Part shown: positions 39,810-50,699 of the stretch, one piece after another
Layout: the number at the start of each line of letters is the position of its first letter
Position numbering within the stretch: position 1 is the first letter of the stretch
NCBI GenBank assembly: GCA_963793305.1
Contig: CAWBZV010000002.1
Span: 768,001-832,000, forward strand
DNA: 64,000 nucleotides
Source: an uncultured Gemmatimonadales bacterium
GTDB lineage: Bacteria; Gemmatimonadota; Gemmatimonadetes; Gemmatimonadales; Gemmatimonadaceae
Direction of reading: 5' to 3'
Position numbers and translations under genes: made by a program
Notes under the pieces: model-generated
Told to the model about the DNA's origin: nothing
The model's database searches: none
The model's input: the letters and a program-made list of their open reading frames with translations, nothing else

Positions 39810-42497
39810 TGCTGACCCAACTGACCCAGCGACTCCGTGCGCTCTTCCGTCGGCGGCGCCTCGATCGGGATCTCGAAGACGAGCTCGCGTTTCATCTCGA
39901 CATGCGCGCCGGACAAATCGAACAGACGGGCGTGCCGCACGCCGAGGCTGCGCAAGCGGCCCGGCGTCAATTCGGGAACGTATCTGGGATTCGGGAGCAC
40001 ATGAGAGACCTCTGGAGCTTTCCGTCGGCCGAGGCACTCTGGCGCGACATTCGCTACGGCGCACGGGTGCTCGCCCGCGCGCCGACATTTACGATTGTCG
40101 CCGTACTGACGATCGCACTCGGCGTTGGCGCGAATACCGCGGTATTCAGCGTCGCCGATGCCGTGCTGTTGCGGCCGCTGCCGTTCACGCACGCCGACCG
40201 TCTCGTGCGCTTGTACTCGATCGTCGGCGGCAGTCCGATCGGCCCGTCGATTGGCGATGCGCACGACTTCGCGACCGAGTCGCACACGCTCCAGTCGCTC
40301 GTGGTCTACGACGTTCTGGCGCAAAAACGTCAGCGGGAACGCACCGGGCGAGCGGCCAGAGCAACTGCGCGTCGGTCTCGTGCCCGGCGAGTTCTTCACG
40401 GCCCTCGGCGTGACACCCCGCCTGGGCCGCGTCTTCACCCCGGAGGAAGTGCGCCCGGGGAACGACAAGGTCGTCGTGCTCACCGAGCGCTATTGGCGAT
40501 CGCATTTCGGCGCCTCGCCGTCGGTCCTCAGCCAGACCGTTCGCATCAACGACGAGCCGTACACGGTGATCGGAGTCATGCCCAACGTCATCCCCGACTG
40601 GCTCGACGGCGCGGAGTTCGGTCCCACCCTGATGTGGACGCCTTACGTTCTGTCTCCCGAAGATTTCGACGCCATGCACCATAGCGACCGCGGGAATGGC
40701 ACGATCGGCGTGTTGAGACCCGGTATGACGGCGGCCATGGCGACCGCGGAAATGCAACGCATCGCTGGCGAGTTGGCCGAGCGATATCCCGTGAATCGTG
40801 GGGTCTCGGCGCGCGTCGTACCGCTGGCCGACACGCGCGCGGGCAGCTTGCGTCCAACCCTGGTGCTCTTGCTCGCGTCGGTGGCGATGATTTTGGCCAT
40901 CGCATGCACGAACGTGGCCGGCCTCGTGATGGCGCGGCACACGGCCCGGCATCACGAGATAGTCATTCGCGCGTCGCTCGGCGCCGGGCGATGGAGCCTC
41001 GTCCGGCAGCTCGTGTCCGAGTATCTCATGTTGACGCTGCTGGGCGGAGCGATTGGGCTCGTAGCGGCGTGGCTAGGTGGCATCGCCGTGGTCAGGCTGC
41101 ATCCCGCGAATCTGCCGCAACTCGCCGAGGTCCGCATCGATGCGCGAGTGCTGTTGTACACGCTCGCCCTGTCGGTGGGCACCGGCGTCATATTCGGCAT
41201 CATCCCGGCGTTGCCCGCGACTCGTGGGAACCTCGGCACCGCGATCCGAGAGGGTGGGCGCTCAGGCACGGGGGGCAAACGGCGTCAGGCCGAGCAACAG
41301 GCGCTCGTCGTCGCGCAGATCGCGTGCTGCGTCATCCTGGTGCTCTGGACAAGCCTACTCGTGAAGAGCCTACTGCGACTCGAGCATCAAGACAGCGGAT
41401 TTCAGACCGAGCGGTTGTTGACGGCGCACGTGACGTTGCCGCCGGTGCGATATCCAGATCGCCCCGACGCGGGTCCGATCGAGCGGTTCAACCATCAGTT
41501 CGCCGAGCGCCTGCGGGCGATCCCCGGTGTGCGAGACGCGACCGTGACGACGTTCTTCCCGCCCGTCAATCAGTATTCTCGATCATTTACGCTGGACGGT
41601 CAGGCTGCGTCACGCCTCGACGACATGCCTCGGGCCAGCTTCGGCGTGGTCGACGACCAGTATCGCACCACGCTCGGCATACCCATGATCGAAGGGCGCG
41701 ATTTCGCCGGATCGGATCTCGCGACGAACCCGCCGGTTATTCTGATCAACCAAGCGCTCGCCAGAAAGTACTTCGCCGATCGCGATCCGATCGGCCAGCG
41801 TCTCGTGCTGCGTCAGCTCTCGCAGGGGCGTCCAGACACGATATCGACAACCGCTGCGATCGTCGGCGTCATCGGCAACACGAAGAATCACGGGTTGGCG
41901 GTCGAGCCCGAGCCGGAGATCATTGGCCTGGCGCGCCAGATGCCCGACATGAACGCCGGGTTCAAATACATCGTCGTACGCACAACGTCCGACCCATCGC
42001 TCGCCATCGAATCCGTTCGTGATGCGCTACGGTCGATCGACCCGGAGCTGCCGCTGTCCCAGGTGGCCACGATCGACGCGGTGATGGCGGAGCAGACGAC
42101 GGATCGGAGACTCAGTACGACGTTGCTCGGCCTGTTCACCGTCGGCGGCGTCCTGCTCGCCATCATCGGCATCTACGGCGTCATCTCATACTTCGTCGCC
42201 CAGCGCACGAAGGAGATCGGGCTCCGCGTCACTCTTGGCGCCAAGCGCGCGGATATCCTGTGGCTCGTGCTCGGCACCGGGCTTCGCCTCGCGGTGATCG
42301 GCATCGCGATCGGTCTCGTGGGTGGGTTTGCGCTGGAACGGGTGCTGTCCAAGTTCCTCTTCCTGGTGACGGCGACCGACCCGACGATCGTGATTGGGGT
42401 TCCGATTGTGATCGCCGGCATCGCGATCCTCGCGTGCTACCTTCCGGCGAGACGCGCCACCAACCTCGACCCGGTGCTCGCGCTGCGCGAGTCCTAA
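39809..42497 (+). CDS. ABC permease, ADOP (duplicated MacB/FtsX) type, +1 frameshift near 40313
   Basis: RLDRDLEDELAFHL prefix, LGVGANTAVFSV, IACTNVAGL, GIYGVISYFVAQRTKEIGLR, DPVLALRES; two frames joined at GACGTTC. Confidence 0.9.
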
Positions 42498-43370
42498 CGC
42501 CAACGCGTCACGGAAGCAACGAATTGGCGCGGCAAGCCGACCCGGATAGGTCGAGTGGATGAGCCAGACGGTGAATACGGGTCGAAAGTCCTCGACTTCG
42601 ACGATCCGCACCGCATCCCCGAACGCGCTGCGATCGAGCATTCGAGGGAGCACCATTCCAACGCCATGTCCGCGCGCGATGAGCGACAGTTGCAGTTCGG
42701 CGCCGCCGACTTCGATGCCTGGCACGAGCGCGCGCCCGGTGGCGGCGAATGCGTCACGCAGCACGCGCCGGAACGAACAGCCATCGTGATCGAGCACCCA
42801 TGGGAGCTGCGCCAAATTCTCGAAGCGCACTCGCCCAGGGAGCGCGAGATCCTTGCTAGCGACGATCGCCGCGGGATCAGTGGTGAGCGCCTCGCCCCCG
42901 CGCCCCGCGAGAGGCTGGCGTCCGTCGAGCGTGAGCACGGCCGCGGCGTCGAGCGTGCCGCCGCGCACCGACTGAATCAGCGCTTCGGACCATCCGGTCA
43001 ACGCTCTCAAGTGCAACTGAGGGTAGGTCGCTCGCACGCGATCGACCGGTTCGGCCAGCGCGAGATCGCCGAGTGCGGCGGTGACGCCGACGCGAAGATC
43101 GCCCTGAGGCTCGCCGTCGGGTTCGAGGGCAAGAGTCATGTCGCGCACGGCTTGCACGACGCGGCGTGCCTGATCGTAGGCAGCCCGGCCGGCGGTGGTC
43201 AGCCGCGGCGGCTTCGACCGGCGGTCGAGCAGGGGAGAGCCGAGCGACTGCTCGAGGGACTGGACCCGACGCGTCACGCCCGGTTGCGTGAGGTGCAGCC
43301 GGAGCGCCGCGCCGCCGATTGAGCCGGTCTCGACGACCGCGATGAATGCTTCGAGATCAGGTATGTTCAT
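42186..43370 (-). CDS. LysR family regulator (3' end reads ~310 nt into the permease gene)
   Basis: LEAFIAVVETGSIGGAALRLHLTQPGVTRRVQSLE; LTTAG; substrate domain ends near 42500. Confidence 0.88.
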   Translation of the reverse strand: MNIPDLEAFIAVVETGSIGGAALRLHLTQPGVTRRVQSLEQSLGSPLLDRRSKPPRLTTAGRAAYDQARRVVQAVRDMTLALEPDGEPQGDLRVGVTAALGDLALAEPVDRVRATYPQLHLRALTGWSEALIQSVRGGTLDAAAVLTLDGRQPLAGRGGEALTTDPAAIVASKDLALPGRVRFENLAQLPWVLDHDGCSFRRVLRDAFAATGRALVPGIEVGGAELQLSLIARGHGVGMVLPRMLDRSAFGDAVRIVEVEDFRPVFTVWLIHSTYPGRLAAPIRCFRDALALGLAQREHRVEVGGASRRKVAREDRDAGDHNRNPNHDRRVGRRHQEEELGQHPFQRKPTHETDRDADHREAKPGAEHEPQDIRALGAKSDAEPDLLRALGDEV

Positions 43371-43440
43371 GCGCGCAAAGCATGATTATCGTGACAATAA
43401 TTGATTTGTAGTATAATGCTACGCCCAGTAGCCTTCGTCC

Positions 43441-44781
43441 ATGAGGTCTAAAGTCATCCTCGTGACGATGGCGACCGTGACCGCCCTCGTCACGCTCGAT
43501 GCGACGATCGTCGCGGTGGCATTGCCGTCGATTGCCCGTGGGCTCCACGCCTCGTTCGCCGACGTTGAGTGGGTGATCGGCAGCTACGTGCTGGCCTTCG
43601 CGTCGCTCATGACGCCCTTCGGCGCACTCGGCGACCATCGGGGCCGAAAGGGCGCGGTGCTCGCCGGTGTGTCCCTCTTCGCCATCGCGTCGCTCCTCTG
43701 TGGCGTGGCGCAGAATGCATCGCTCCTCATCAGCGCACGCGTACTCCAAGGCATCGGCGCGGCGTTCTTGCCGCCCGCGGCGCTCGGCATCATCGGGCAC
43801 ACGTTCCAGGGCGAGGAACGGAACCGCGCGTTCGGCGTGTGGGGCTCGGTCATCGGCCTCGCCGTCGTCGCCGGCCCGGTGATCGGTGGCATCGTCACGT
43901 CGCTCATGGGCTGGCGTTGGACGTTCTTGATCAACCTGCCACTCTGCGTGGTGCTGTGCGTCGCGATCGTGCGATGGGTGCCCGACTCGCGCAACCCGCA
44001 CGCGCGGCGCTACGACATCGGAGGGAGTGTCACATTTTGTGGCGCGCTCTTCTTTCTCACCTGGGCGCTGATCGATCCGCACGATATGGCCGCGCGCATC
44101 GCCGGATCGCTGGTCATGCTCATCGCGTTCGTCGCGATCGAGCGCCGACAGCGCGAGCCGATGCTCGACTTAGGTCTGTTCCGCCGGTCAGACTTCCTCG
44201 GCGCGGTCGCCGCGATGGCCGGATACTCGGCGAGCGCGCAGGTGCTGGTCTATTTCTTTCCGCTCTTTCTCCAGAATGGCATCGGATACTCGCCGCTGAC
44301 GTCCGGCATCGCCATGCTACCGTACGCCATTCCACTCTTCCTCATGCCGCGCGTGGCCGCGCGACTGACCATCCAGCGCGGGAATCGCATGGTCCTGGCG
44401 TCGGGCCTGGCGATCGTGGCGGTCGGTGATCTCCTCATGGCGCTCGCTGCGCCGCGGCTCAGCTATCCGCTCTTCGCGGGCGCGATGTTCGTCTCGGGGC
44501 TAGGCGCCGGTCTCCTGAATGGGGAGACCGCGCAGACCCTGCAGGCCACGATCCCCACGGCGCAAGGCGGAATGGCCGGGGGATTGAGCGCGACGGTTCG
44601 CTTCGCCTCGATCCTCCTGGCGGTGGCGATCCTCGGCGTCTTTTACTCGCACAAGGGCATTCCGTGGGTGATGGCGGCGGCCAGCATCGTCGCCGTTTTG
44701 TCCGCGACGTTCGTTTGGCGGTTGCTGCCGGTTCGCGAGATCTCCGACCGAGCCCAGCTCGAACCCCTCGCCGTGGACTGA
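43441..44781 (+). CDS. MFS transporter, DHA2 family
   Basis: LDATIVAVALPSI, GALGDHRGRK, ARVLQGIG, GWRWTFLINLP. Confidence 0.92.
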   Translation: MRSKVILVTMATVTALVTLDATIVAVALPSIARGLHASFADVEWVIGSYVLAFASLMTPFGALGDHRGRKGAVLAGVSLFAIASLLCGVAQNASLLISARVLQGIGAAFLPPAALGIIGHTFQGEERNRAFGVWGSVIGLAVVAGPVIGGIVTSLMGWRWTFLINLPLCVVLCVAIVRWVPDSRNPHARRYDIGGSVTFCGALFFLTWALIDPHDMAARIAGSLVMLIAFVAIERRQREPMLDLGLFRRSDFLGAVAAMAGYSASAQVLVYFFPLFLQNGIGYSPLTSGIAMLPYAIPLFLMPRVAARLTIQRGNRMVLASGLAIVAVGDLLMALAAPRLSYPLFAGAMFVSGLGAGLLNGETAQTLQATIPTAQGGMAGGLSATVRFASILLAVAILGVFYSHKGIPWVMAAASIVAVLSATFVWRLLPVREISDRAQLEPLAVD

Positions 44782-44804
44782 CGCGGTCGTAGATTTGGCC
44801 CGCT

Positions 44805-45551
44805 ATGAGTGGAGATTTCGCCGGGCGGGTCGCGATTATCACGGGAGCGGCGCGTGGTCTCGGGAGAGCCGTCGCCGTGCGCCTCATCGAGCGTGGCGCT
44901 CGCGTGGCGGTCAATGTGCGGGACGCCGAGCGCGCCGAGGCGGTGGCGAGAGACCTGGGTCCACAGGCGCTTGGCGTTCCGGGTGACATCGCTGCACCCG
45001 GTATACCAGACGCCATCGCCCGTCAGACGCTGGACCACTTCGGCCGGATCGATATTCTCGTCAACAACGCGGCGTTGGCCACGTCCACGCGTTTCGGCGA
45101 CCTGTCCGCCGATGAGTGGCGATTGGCGCTCGAGGTCAACGTGACCGCGCCTTTTCTGCTCACAAAGGCCGTGTTGCCCGCCATGAAGGCGCAGCAGTAC
45201 GGCCGCATTGTGAATATCTCGTCGACCGCGGGAAAGACGGTGAGCACACTCGGGGGAGCGCACTATACCACGTCGAAGGCGGCGCTCCAGGGACTCACGA
45301 GGGCCGCGGCCAAGGAGCTCGGGACGTTCGGGATTACCGTGAACGCCGTGTGCCCCGGGATGATCGACACGGAGCTGACACACGAGTACGCGTCGGACGA
45401 TCTGTTGCAACGTCTGGCGGCGAGTTACCCGGTGCCCCGTCTCGGGACGTCGCGAGAAGTGGCGGACCTGGTATGTTTCGCGGCTTCCGAGGCCGCGGGG
45501 TACATCACGGGTGCCTCGCTCGACATCAACGGCGGCGATCTGATGCTATGA
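44805..45551 (+). CDS. SDR oxidoreductase (FabG-like)
   Basis: TGAARGLG, LVNNA, YTTSK, VNAVCPGMIDT. Confidence 0.92.
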   Translation: MSGDFAGRVAIITGAARGLGRAVAVRLIERGARVAVNVRDAERAEAVARDLGPQALGVPGDIAAPGIPDAIARQTLDHFGRIDILVNNAALATSTRFGDLSADEWRLALEVNVTAPFLLTKAVLPAMKAQQYGRIVNISSTAGKTVSTLGGAHYTTSKAALQGLTRAAAKELGTFGITVNAVCPGMIDTELTHEYASDDLLQRLAASYPVPRLGTSREVADLVCFAASEAAGYITGASLDINGGDLML

Positions 45552-46774
45552 AAGTTTTGATCGCGCTCATCGCGGCGCTCGTCATCGGGGCCGCGATCGC
45601 CGCCTCGGGCAATCCGACGCTCCTCGGATTCGCCGACGCGCTCGTGCCGATCGGCACCCTCTGGATCAATGCGATCCGCATGACGGTGATTCCACTCGTC
45701 ATCGCGCTCTTGATCACCGGCGTGGCATTGACATTGGACGTGAAGGCCATTGGCCGCATCGGCAGTCGAACGCTCGTCGTGTTCATCTCGCTACTCGTTG
45801 GCGTGGCCATCGTCTCGGGGATCGTGGCTCCCCTCGTCTTCAGACTCCTCCCGCCCAACCTGGGGAGTCACCCGTCGCTGCCGCCCGGCGCGGCGGAGGC
45901 CGCCGAGCAGCTCGGTGCGGCCGGTGCCACGCCGACGTTCGGCGCGTGGGTCGTCTCCCTCATCCCGCCAAATCCGATCGCCGCGGCGGCGAATGGCGCG
46001 ATCGTGCCGCTCATCATCTTCACGGTGTTGCTCGGACTGGCGATCGCCCACAGTCCGCCCGTTGCGCGCGATCGGCTCGTCGAGTTTTTCGCGGCATTCC
46101 GCAATGCGATGCTGACGCTCGTGCAATGGGTGATCGCGGTCGCTCCGATCGGCGTGTTCGCGCTGCTGCTGCCGCTGGCCGCGAAGAGCGGCGCCGCGCT
46201 GGTCGGCGGCGTTGGGTTCTACATTGTGGTCTACTCCCTCGGGCAGATTCTGGCGACGCTCGTGCTCTATCCCGTCGTGGCCATGTTCGCCCACGTGCCG
46301 ATGCGGCAGTTCGCGCGAGCCGCGTTGCCCGCCCAGCTCATCGCGTTCAGCTCCAGCTCGTCCATCGCCGCGCTCCCCGCGCTCGTCGAGGGCGCCGAGC
46401 GCGACCTCGATCTCCCGGATCGGGTCGCGGGGTTCGTGGTGCCGCTCGCGGTCTCCATGTATAAGATCGCGGCGCCGCTCTCGTGGACCATCGGCGCGCT
46501 GTTTATCGCCTGGTTCTATGGTATCACGTTGCACGTGCGAGAGCTGGGGCTCATCGCGGTGGCGGGTGTGTTCCTCACGTTCGCCGCGCCGGGCGTCCCA
46601 CGGGGCGCGTTTCTCATGCTCACGCCGCTCTTCTTGGCAGTCGGCTTGCCGGCCGAAGGGATCGGGATATTGATCGCGGTAGACACGATCCCCGACTTGT
46701 TCTCGACGGTGTTCAATACAACCGGCAATCTCGCGGCTACCGCCCTTGTGGGAGCTAAAGCCCCAGTTCGCTGA
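45548..46774 (+). CDS. Dicarboxylate/amino acid:cation symporter (DAACS)
   Basis: [51 protein letters not shown]. Confidence 0.88.
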   Translation: MKVLIALIAALVIGAAIAASGNPTLLGFADALVPIGTLWINAIRMTVIPLVIALLITGVALTLDVKAIGRIGSRTLVVFISLLVGVAIVSGIVAPLVFRLLPPNLGSHPSLPPGAAEAAEQLGAAGATPTFGAWVVSLIPPNPIAAAANGAIVPLIIFTVLLGLAIAHSPPVARDRLVEFFAAFRNAMLTLVQWVIAVAPIGVFALLLPLAAKSGAALVGGVGFYIVVYSLGQILATLVLYPVVAMFAHVPMRQFARAALPAQLIAFSSSSSIAALPALVEGAERDLDLPDRVAGFVVPLAVSMYKIAAPLSWTIGALFIAWFYGITLHVRELGLIAVAGVFLTFAAPGVPRGAFLMLTPLFLAVGLPAEGIGILIAVDTIPDLFSTVFNTTGNLAATALVGAKAPVR

Positions 46775-47231
46775 GGCCAGGGTGGTTGTCCGGCCGACGG
46801 CCTAACGGCCAGTGGTATTTCCGGTCGGCCTCCTGAATTGGGAGATCGTTGATCGACGCCAGCCGTCGTTGCATGAGGCCATTCTCGTCGAACTCCCAGT
46901 TCTCATTGCCGTACGACCGGAACCAGTGCCCGGAGTCGTCGTGCCACTCGTACGCGAATCGTACGGCGATGCGATTGCCCTCGAAGGCCCAGAGCTCCTT
47001 GATCAGCCGATAGTCCAGCTCCTTGGCCCACTTACGCGCGAGGAACGCGACGATCTCGGCGCGACCATTCAGGAACTCGGCGCGATTTCGCCAGCGCGAG
47101 TCGGAGGTGTAGGCGAGCGATACCTTCTCGGGGTCGCGTGAGTTCCACCCGTCTTCGGCCATACGGACCTTTTGGGTCGCGGTCTCGCGGGTGAACGGCG
47201 GCACGGGTGGCCGCGCTGTTATGGCACTCAT
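46755..47231 (-). CDS. DUF1348 / NTF2-like protein
   Basis: [28 protein letters not shown]...[12 protein letters not shown]...YGNENWEF. Confidence 0.9.
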   Translation of the reverse strand: MSAITARPPVPPFTRETATQKVRMAEDGWNSRDPEKVSLAYTSDSRWRNRAEFLNGRAEIVAFLARKWAKELDYRLIKELWAFEGNRIAVRFAYEWHDDSGHWFRSYGNENWEFDENGLMQRRLASINDLPIQEADRKYHWPLGRRPDNHPGLSELGL

Positions 47232-47251
47232 GATCAGTCCGTCTACCAGAT

Positions 47252-47653
47252 ATGAGAAAGCAACGACCGATGCTCGCCGTTCTCGCAATATGCGCTTTCG
47301 TATGGGGAGTGTACATGCTACTCGCGGCGTGGTCGTTTGGCCGAACGGCCCACCGCGTACAGGGACTGATCGTCGATCGTGACAACGCGAATTTCACGGT
47401 GCAGTACATGGTCAACGGTCAGATGCTGCAGTTGACCGAGGCATTGCCAAGCACGAAGGGCATGTCGGGCATGACGAGACAGCAATTGCGGCCCGGTAAC
47501 AGCGTGCCGGTCCTCTACGACCCGGCCCTACCGACGCGAGCGAAATGGGACAGCAATCGCGTGTGGGCCATGCCGGTCGCGATCATGGCGGTCGCTATGA
47601 TCGCTTTCGGCGTCGCAATGTTCCCAAACTTGATGGCGCGTCCCCTACGCTGA
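47252..47653 (+). CDS. DUF3592-like membrane protein
   Basis: TM, small beta domain with [11 protein letters not shown]-terminal TM. Confidence 0.7.
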   Translation: MRKQRPMLAVLAICAFVWGVYMLLAAWSFGRTAHRVQGLIVDRDNANFTVQYMVNGQMLQLTEALPSTKGMSGMTRQQLRPGNSVPVLYDPALPTRAKWDSNRVWAMPVAIMAVAMIAFGVAMFPNLMARPLR

Positions 47654-47681
47654 CATGTGGGACGCTATAAATTAGTCCGGC

Positions 47682-48353
47682 ATGGGCCGGCTCGCGATCT
47701 ACATGCAGATGCTCTTCCGTTACAAGCCGCAGCGATACTGGAACGACATCCTCTCGGAGTCGTTCGACCTGCGCGGCGTCGGCCACTTCGGCCGGAGCGA
47801 GGCCGAGAATGCGGCGATGTACGCGGAGAAGCGCGCGATCATCGAGCGCGAGCTCGCGCGCTGCAACGTGGCGCTCGGCCCCGACACCCGCGTGCTCGAG
47901 ATCGGGAGCGGCGTCGGATACTGGACGGAGTTCTTGCGGTCGAAGGGTGTGCGTCATTACACGGGAAACGACATCGCCCCGGTGTCGATCGAGACGCTCG
48001 GCGCCCGCTATCCTGATTTCACGTTCGTGCTCGGCGACGCCGGCCAGATAGCGTTGCCGGCCGCGTCGTTCGATCTCGGTTGGATGATCGACGTGACGCA
48101 GCACATCACCGATGACGCCGCGTTCGATCGCGCGATCACGAACGTCTGGCAGGCGCTCCGCCCCGGCGCGACTTTCGTGGTCACATTCTGGGATCCGGCC
48201 ACGAACAAGTACCTGGCGAACAAGTTACGGTTGAACCGCATCGAGAAGCCGCGCGGGCTCGCGGCCTATCGCGCCGTGTTCGGCGCCGGCGCGCAGATTT
48301 CCGACCCGGCGCCATTCAACGACAAGCACCTAGTCGTCGTTCGCAAACCCTAA
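47682..48353 (+). CDS. Class I SAM-dependent methyltransferase
   Basis: VLEIGSGVG, GNDIA, SFDL, LRPGA motifs. Confidence 0.88.
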   Translation: MGRLAIYMQMLFRYKPQRYWNDILSESFDLRGVGHFGRSEAENAAMYAEKRAIIERELARCNVALGPDTRVLEIGSGVGYWTEFLRSKGVRHYTGNDIAPVSIETLGARYPDFTFVLGDAGQIALPAASFDLGWMIDVTQHITDDAAFDRAITNVWQALRPGATFVVTFWDPATNKYLANKLRLNRIEKPRGLAAYRAVFGAGAQISDPAPFNDKHLVVVRKP

Positions 48354-48763
48354 TGGATATTCGCGTCCAGGCGCTGAACTCATCGGATTGGATGGAGCTG
48401 CGCGATGCGCGTCCGGCCGATGAAGTCTCGCTCTACCGCGCGCTCTTTCGCGTCCAGGTCGACGGCCAGGTGCACAACCGTCCGTTCTGGTTCGACCGCT
48501 CTGACCTCGACGAGTTCGCCCACGATCTCGCGTGGCTGGACAAGGCGGTCGGCGGCCGCGCGACCCTCAACCACGCGGGTCGTCCCGAGTACTTGACGGT
48601 CGTGATCGAAGCCTCAGGAACAGCCTACGTCACCGGCGAGCTCTTCGACTTCGACGACCCTGACCAACACGTGCGCTTTCGCCTCCAACAGAGCCGCGCT
48701 TCGCTCCGCACGCTATTGCGCGACGTGCGGACGCTGCTCGATATGCGCGTACCGCCGGGCTGA
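48353..48763 (+). CDS. Hypothetical protein
   Basis: TAATG coupling to upstream gene; globular composition. Confidence 0.7.
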   Translation: MDIRVQALNSSDWMELRDARPADEVSLYRALFRVQVDGQVHNRPFWFDRSDLDEFAHDLAWLDKAVGGRATLNHAGRPEYLTVVIEASGTAYVTGELFDFDDPDQHVRFRLQQSRASLRTLLRDVRTLLDMRVPPG

Positions 48764-48773
48764 CCTGCTTATA

Positions 48774-48858
48774 CGGAGGGCGAGGGACTCGAACCCCCAA
48801 GCGGCTTTCGCCGCGCCAGTTTTCAAGACTGGTGCAATAGCCATTCTGCCAGCCCTCC
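48774..48858 (-). tRNA. tRNA-Ser(TGA)
   Basis: GGAGGGC acceptor, anticodon arm CCAGT-CTTGAAA-ACTGG, variable arm GCGGCGAAAGCCGC, GGTTCGAGTCC. Confidence 0.95.
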
Positions 48859-49013
48859 TGACAACGTCACAAGCTATTGGCGCTGTGACGCTTGAGCAAC
48901 TTACTAGCGCGGCACCGCGCGCCGCGTCTTCGGCGAAGTATGACTCGGGCGCGTGCTCAGCGAGAAAGCTGGGGATAAGCAAGCTGGCCTACACTGCGGA
49001 ATGCTATGGGCGC

Positions 49014-49151
49014 GGGTTAACGCTTGGCGTTTCGGCGCGTGGCCACTTGCTCGTGGTAGTGCATACCGATGTCGAGGACGAAATTCGACTCATTTCGGCT
49101 CGACAGGCAACCCCGCGCGAGCGACGCCAATACGAAGAACACGGCCCGTAA
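49014..49151 (+). pseudogene. 5'-truncated BrnT toxin
   Basis: LTLGVSARGHLLVVVHT...IRLISARQATPRERRQYE is the BrnT C-half; N-terminal WD..K...N..KH part absent. Confidence 0.75.
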
Positions 49152-49168
49152 AGTGGCCGTCTGTCGCA

Positions 49169-49345
49169 ATGGCTGACGACGAAATGCGAGACGAGTACGA
49201 TTTCAGCGGCGGCGTACGTGGGAAGTACGCGGCGCGCTACGCGCAGGGCACGAACATAGTCGTGCTCGATCGCGACGTAGCCGAGATCTTTCCGACATCG
49301 CGTCGTTTGGACTATCAGTTGCCGCACTCGTTGTCTCGCTGGTAA
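49169..49345 (+). pseudogene. BrnA-like antitoxin, 3' end lost
   Basis: EMRDEYDFSGGVRGKYAARY...VVLDRDVAEIFP then diverges before the expected VN.ALR helix. Confidence 0.7.
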
Positions 49346-49807
49346 CCGCATGGGCCACCATGTGGCGTCGTGGTCGCGTCTGCATGACGCAGCCGACGCT
49401 CATTCACTTTGGGTTCGATCGAAGCGTGACGAGCGACGGTGTCAATCTGAAGGCGAGGATCTATCTACGCACCTTGCTGTTCAGCAGTGGAAAGCACGGG
49501 AACATTGTTGAGAACATGTACATGCGGGTCCGTCGCGGAGATACGGTCCAGACATTCAATGTCTGGGTTGCCACCGGATGGGACGGAATTCGTCTTTAGA
49601 GAGGGGGAGTATACCCTCGAGATGTGCGCGACACTGTTCCGGGTAAGGCAGCCGATCAAACTACACGAGTCCAAGCTCTCGCTTCGAGTTACGGATGCGA
49701 ACATCATGTCAGACACTCGCGCGGGTTGCTATTTCGATTGGAGTCCAGAGTCGGCACGCTATCATAATCACGTCGAGTCTGCGCCGCGGCCAGCCTTGAG
49801 AGAGTAG
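49330..49807 (+). pseudogene. Fragmented hypothetical gene
   Basis: Two successive frames (49360..49599, 49487..49807) with protein-like composition, lower GC. Confidence 0.4.
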
Positions 49808-49957
49808 CCGCTGGCAAATTTGGTGGTACTCCGGCCAACCACCCGGAAATGAGTGATATCACTCGACGAGAATCACCCGCGTCTTGCTTGTCGCTATGGC
49901 TGGCACTTGTGTTCGGCGGCTGCCGACGGCGACCGGTCGTCGCACTCCGGTAACCCG

Positions 49958-50581
49958 TCAGACGCGCCGCGGCAGGAGCACCAAGTCGGCCGCTTCCTCA
50001 GCATCTTTGAGGAGCGTCTTGCGCGGCGTGCCTATCCGCGCTCGCATGGTCAAGCCACGAGCAAAATCCGTGACTTGGATCGCGCGCACGACTACCGGAA
50101 AGTCAGGCGGGATGTCTCCCGCACAGATCCCGTCCCGGAAACGGCGCTCCACCAGCGCCGCGGCGCCCGCGACCGCGCTCTGCAGGAACCGCCGAACCTC
50201 AGCGTCGTTCACGAGCGGCGCGACGCATTCCAGAAGGCACCCCCGGGCGGACCCTTTCTCGGTCGCACTTTCGACGGCGTACCTCAGAAAGCCCGCGATC
50301 GAGTCGCGAAGACCCTGTGGCGAGAGGAGCGCCTTCGCGGCTGATGCGCCCTTCCGTTCTGCGTACGCCCTAAGAACGCGCAAGAATATCGCCCGCTTGT
50401 CCCCAAAGACGGCATACAGGCTCGGCCGTCCCACACCCATTCCGGCGACGAGATCGTCAATCGTCACTCCGTCGTAGCCCTTCGACCAGAACACCTGAGT
50501 CGCCTTTTCCAGCGCCCCCGTCTCGTCGAAGCTGCGCGGTCGACCCCGCGGCCTAGCGTTATTTTGAATCATTTGGTTCAA
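49958..50581 (-). CDS. TetR family regulator (ComR-like)
   Basis: RGRPRSFDE, FWSKGYDGVTIDDL, SLYAVFGDK, RGCL. Confidence 0.92.
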   Translation of the reverse strand: MNQMIQNNARPRGRPRSFDETGALEKATQVFWSKGYDGVTIDDLVAGMGVGRPSLYAVFGDKRAIFLRVLRAYAERKGASAAKALLSPQGLRDSIAGFLRYAVESATEKGSARGCLLECVAPLVNDAEVRRFLQSAVAGAAALVERRFRDGICAGDIPPDFPVVVRAIQVTDFARGLTMRARIGTPRKTLLKDAEEAADLVLLPRRV

Positions 50582-50634
50582 AACTCATTGACAATGGCCA
50601 TCGCACCAATAATATATAACTGAATAGTTCGAAA
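50562..50634. promoter_or_regulatory. Divergent promoter with TetR-type operator
   Basis: Near-palindrome ttttgaatca-tt-tggttcaaaa at 50562-50583; TTGACA at 50588 followed by an AT-rich -10 region. Confidence 0.6.
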
Positions 50635-50699
50635 TTAGCATGGCACTGGCCTCGCGCGGCCTCACGACTCGACCTTCACCCTTCACCACGGAGACGCCC

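Noticed and set aside
45116..45547. N-terminal extension of the symporter ORF
   Set aside because: Overlaps the SDR gene in another frame; real start is ATG 45548 (ATGA coupling).
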